Below, one piece after another: positions 30,595-32,000 of a DNA stretch of 32,000 nt; within the stretch, counting starts at the first letter, position 1; the number at the start of each line of letters is the position of its first letter. The stretch comes from Candidatus Nanobsidianus stetteri (lineage in GTDB: Archaea; Nanobdellota; Nanobdellia; Nanobdellales; Nanobdellaceae). Made by a program: the position numbers and the translations under genes. The notes below the pieces were generated by a model. It was not told where the DNA came from. It saw only the letters and a program-made list of their open reading frames with translations, and did not search any database. The stretch is from assembly GCA_000387965.1 (NCBI GenBank), contig APJZ01000002.1, positions 60,001 to 92,000 on the forward strand. The letters run 5' to 3'.

Positions 30595-32000
30595 ATGAAG
30601 AAAGTTGCTTTTATATCTCAAGAATTTGCAATCGATAAATTACCAACATATGCTGGGGGATTGGGAATTTTAGCTGGAGATCTATTTTATTCATCAAACG
30701 ATTTAAAATATCCAATATATGGTGTAACATTTGTAAATAAAAATGGATATGGAAAATATGAAATAAAAAATAAGGAAATAGTATATGAAGAAGAAAATTA
30801 CGATCCATTAGAATATTTTTTAGAAATTGAAGATAAATTCCATATAGATTTGAAAGATAAAAGGATATATTTTAAAGTATGGCAATATCCATTATCCCAT
30901 TCAAAATTGTTCTTATTTGATACAGATTTACAAGAAAATGATCCAAGTATAAGGAAATTAACTGGAAGATTATATTATGAAGAAAATGAGGAAGAAAAAT
31001 TATTAAAAGATTTATTATTGGGATTGGGTGCATTGGAATTCTTTGAAAATTATGGAATAGAAATTGATAAATATCATTTAAATGAATCACATGGTGGTTT
31101 TTTAGCAGTAGAATTATATAAAAAATATAGGGATATAAATAAGGTAAAAGAAAAGGTTGTATTTACTACTCATTCAATTATTGCAGGTCATGATTCATTC
31201 GATTATAATTTAGTAGAAAAATATTATGATATTCCCGGAGAAATAAGAAATATATCTCCAAATAGATTATCATTAACAAAAATATTATTTGAATTATCTG
31301 GATTTGTAAATGCAGTATCATATAAACATAAAATAGTTACTGAAAGTGTATATAATAAAAAGTTAGATTATGTAACAAATGGAGTATATCATTTAAGATG
31401 GATAAATAAAAAGATTGAATATTTATATGATACATATTTACATGGATGGAGAAATGAACCTGGAAAATTTGCATACGCTCAATCTATAAATAGGAAAGAA
31501 TTTATAAAAGTAAAGAATGTTGTAAGAAAAGATTTAATAGATTATATTAATGTAAATTCATATTCAAACAAAGAATTTAAAGATGATAGGGTATTAATTT
31601 CTGTAAAAAGGAGGTTAACAGAATATAAAAGATTTCATATGTTATTATGGAGATTGGAAAAGTTTGAAGAATTAGATAAAAAGTATAAAATACAATTTTT
31701 ATTATCTGGTTCATTCCATCCAAAAGATGAATTTGTAAAAAATACAATAAGATGGATTTTAGATATTATGTCAACATTAAATACACCAATTGGATTAATA
31801 TTAAATAGAGGATATGAACAAGAAAGGACAATTCTAGCAGGTACAGATATATTTTTACATATCCCAAGACCTCCATTTGAAGCTTCAGGTACTTCTTGGA
31901 TGAGGGCAGCATTAAATGGTACTCCTACATTATTTTCAAGGGATGGATCGCCTTTAGAAATAATAATTGATGATTATAATGGATGGTTCTTTGGAGAAAA
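30595..32000 (+). CDS. alpha-glucan (glycogen/maltodextrin) phosphorylase family protein (GT35); its 3' end lies outside the window
   Basis: It is not in the track because it runs off the window. It starts at ATG 30595. Family segments are VAFISQEFAIDKLPTYAGGLGILAGDLFYSSNDL, FTTHSIIAGHDSF, YVTNGVYHLRW, KRRLTEYKRFHML and EASGTSWMRAALNG. I read the frame to the window end without a stop. Confidence 0.8.
   Translation, partial: MKKVAFISQEFAIDKLPTYAGGLGILAGDLFYSSNDLKYPIYGVTFVNKNGYGKYEIKNKEIVYEEENYDPLEYFLEIEDKFHIDLKDKRIYFKVWQYPLSHSKLFLFDTDLQENDPSIRKLTGRLYYEENEEEKLLKDLLLGLGALEFFENYGIEIDKYHLNESHGGFLAVELYKKYRDINKVKEKVVFTTHSIIAGHDSFDYNLVEKYYDIPGEIRNISPNRLSLTKILFELSGFVNAVSYKHKIVTESVYNKKLDYVTNGVYHLRWINKKIEYLYDTYLHGWRNEPGKFAYAQSINRKEFIKVKNVVRKDLIDYINVNSYSNKEFKDDRVLISVKRRLTEYKRFHMLLWRLEKFEELDKKYKIQFLLSGSFHPKDEFVKNTIRWILDIMSTLNTPIGLILNRGYEQERTILAGTDIFLHIPRPPFEASGTSWMRAALNGTPTLFSRDGSPLEIIIDDYNGWFFGE

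Overview
This is a very AT-rich (about a quarter G+C by eye, not computed), extremely gene-dense archaeal chromosome segment. Clear archaeal markers are aEF-2, exosome Rrp4/Rrp41, RNase J, ribosomal protein eL33, alpha2-type GlyRS and a Dph6-like enzyme. Spacers are tiny, ATGA start/stop overlaps are frequent, and TATA-like boxes sit about 25-30 nt before start codons. Several genes look truncated or split. Together this suggests a reduced, fast-evolving DPANN/Nanoarchaeota-like thermophile; that assignment is inference only. I call about 36 CDS. Three of them are missing from the supplied ORF track: a partial membrane protein at the left edge, a 58-aa CDGSH Fe-S protein and a 56-aa zinc-ribbon-like protein. 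I saw no rRNA, tRNA, CRISPR array, transposase or integrase. The accessory content is dominated by envelope functions: two large glycoprotein-like surface proteins, a minimal type IV pilus-like cassette, two matched membrane/coiled-coil proteins, and three tandem 5-TM paralogs behind twin ferredoxins. The most interesting candidates are: (1) a four-CBS sensor fused to an HPF/RaiA-like domain next to the exosome genes; (2) a Dph6-like amidase translationally coupled to a stand-alone glutamine amidotransferase beside EF-2; (3) the ferredoxin plus 5-TM paralog operon; (4) a shared [VI]YSQ[GS] signal-peptide end on four envelope proteins; (5) an MPE plus truncated Lhr pair with a decayed copy of an internal lhr segment 2 kb away; (6) the only GC-rich non-coding island, which carries a hairpin and C/D-box-like motifs; and (7) a glycogen phosphorylase homolog whose PLP lysine is arginine. 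All homology calls rest on motif recognition by eye. No searches, folds or statistics were run.
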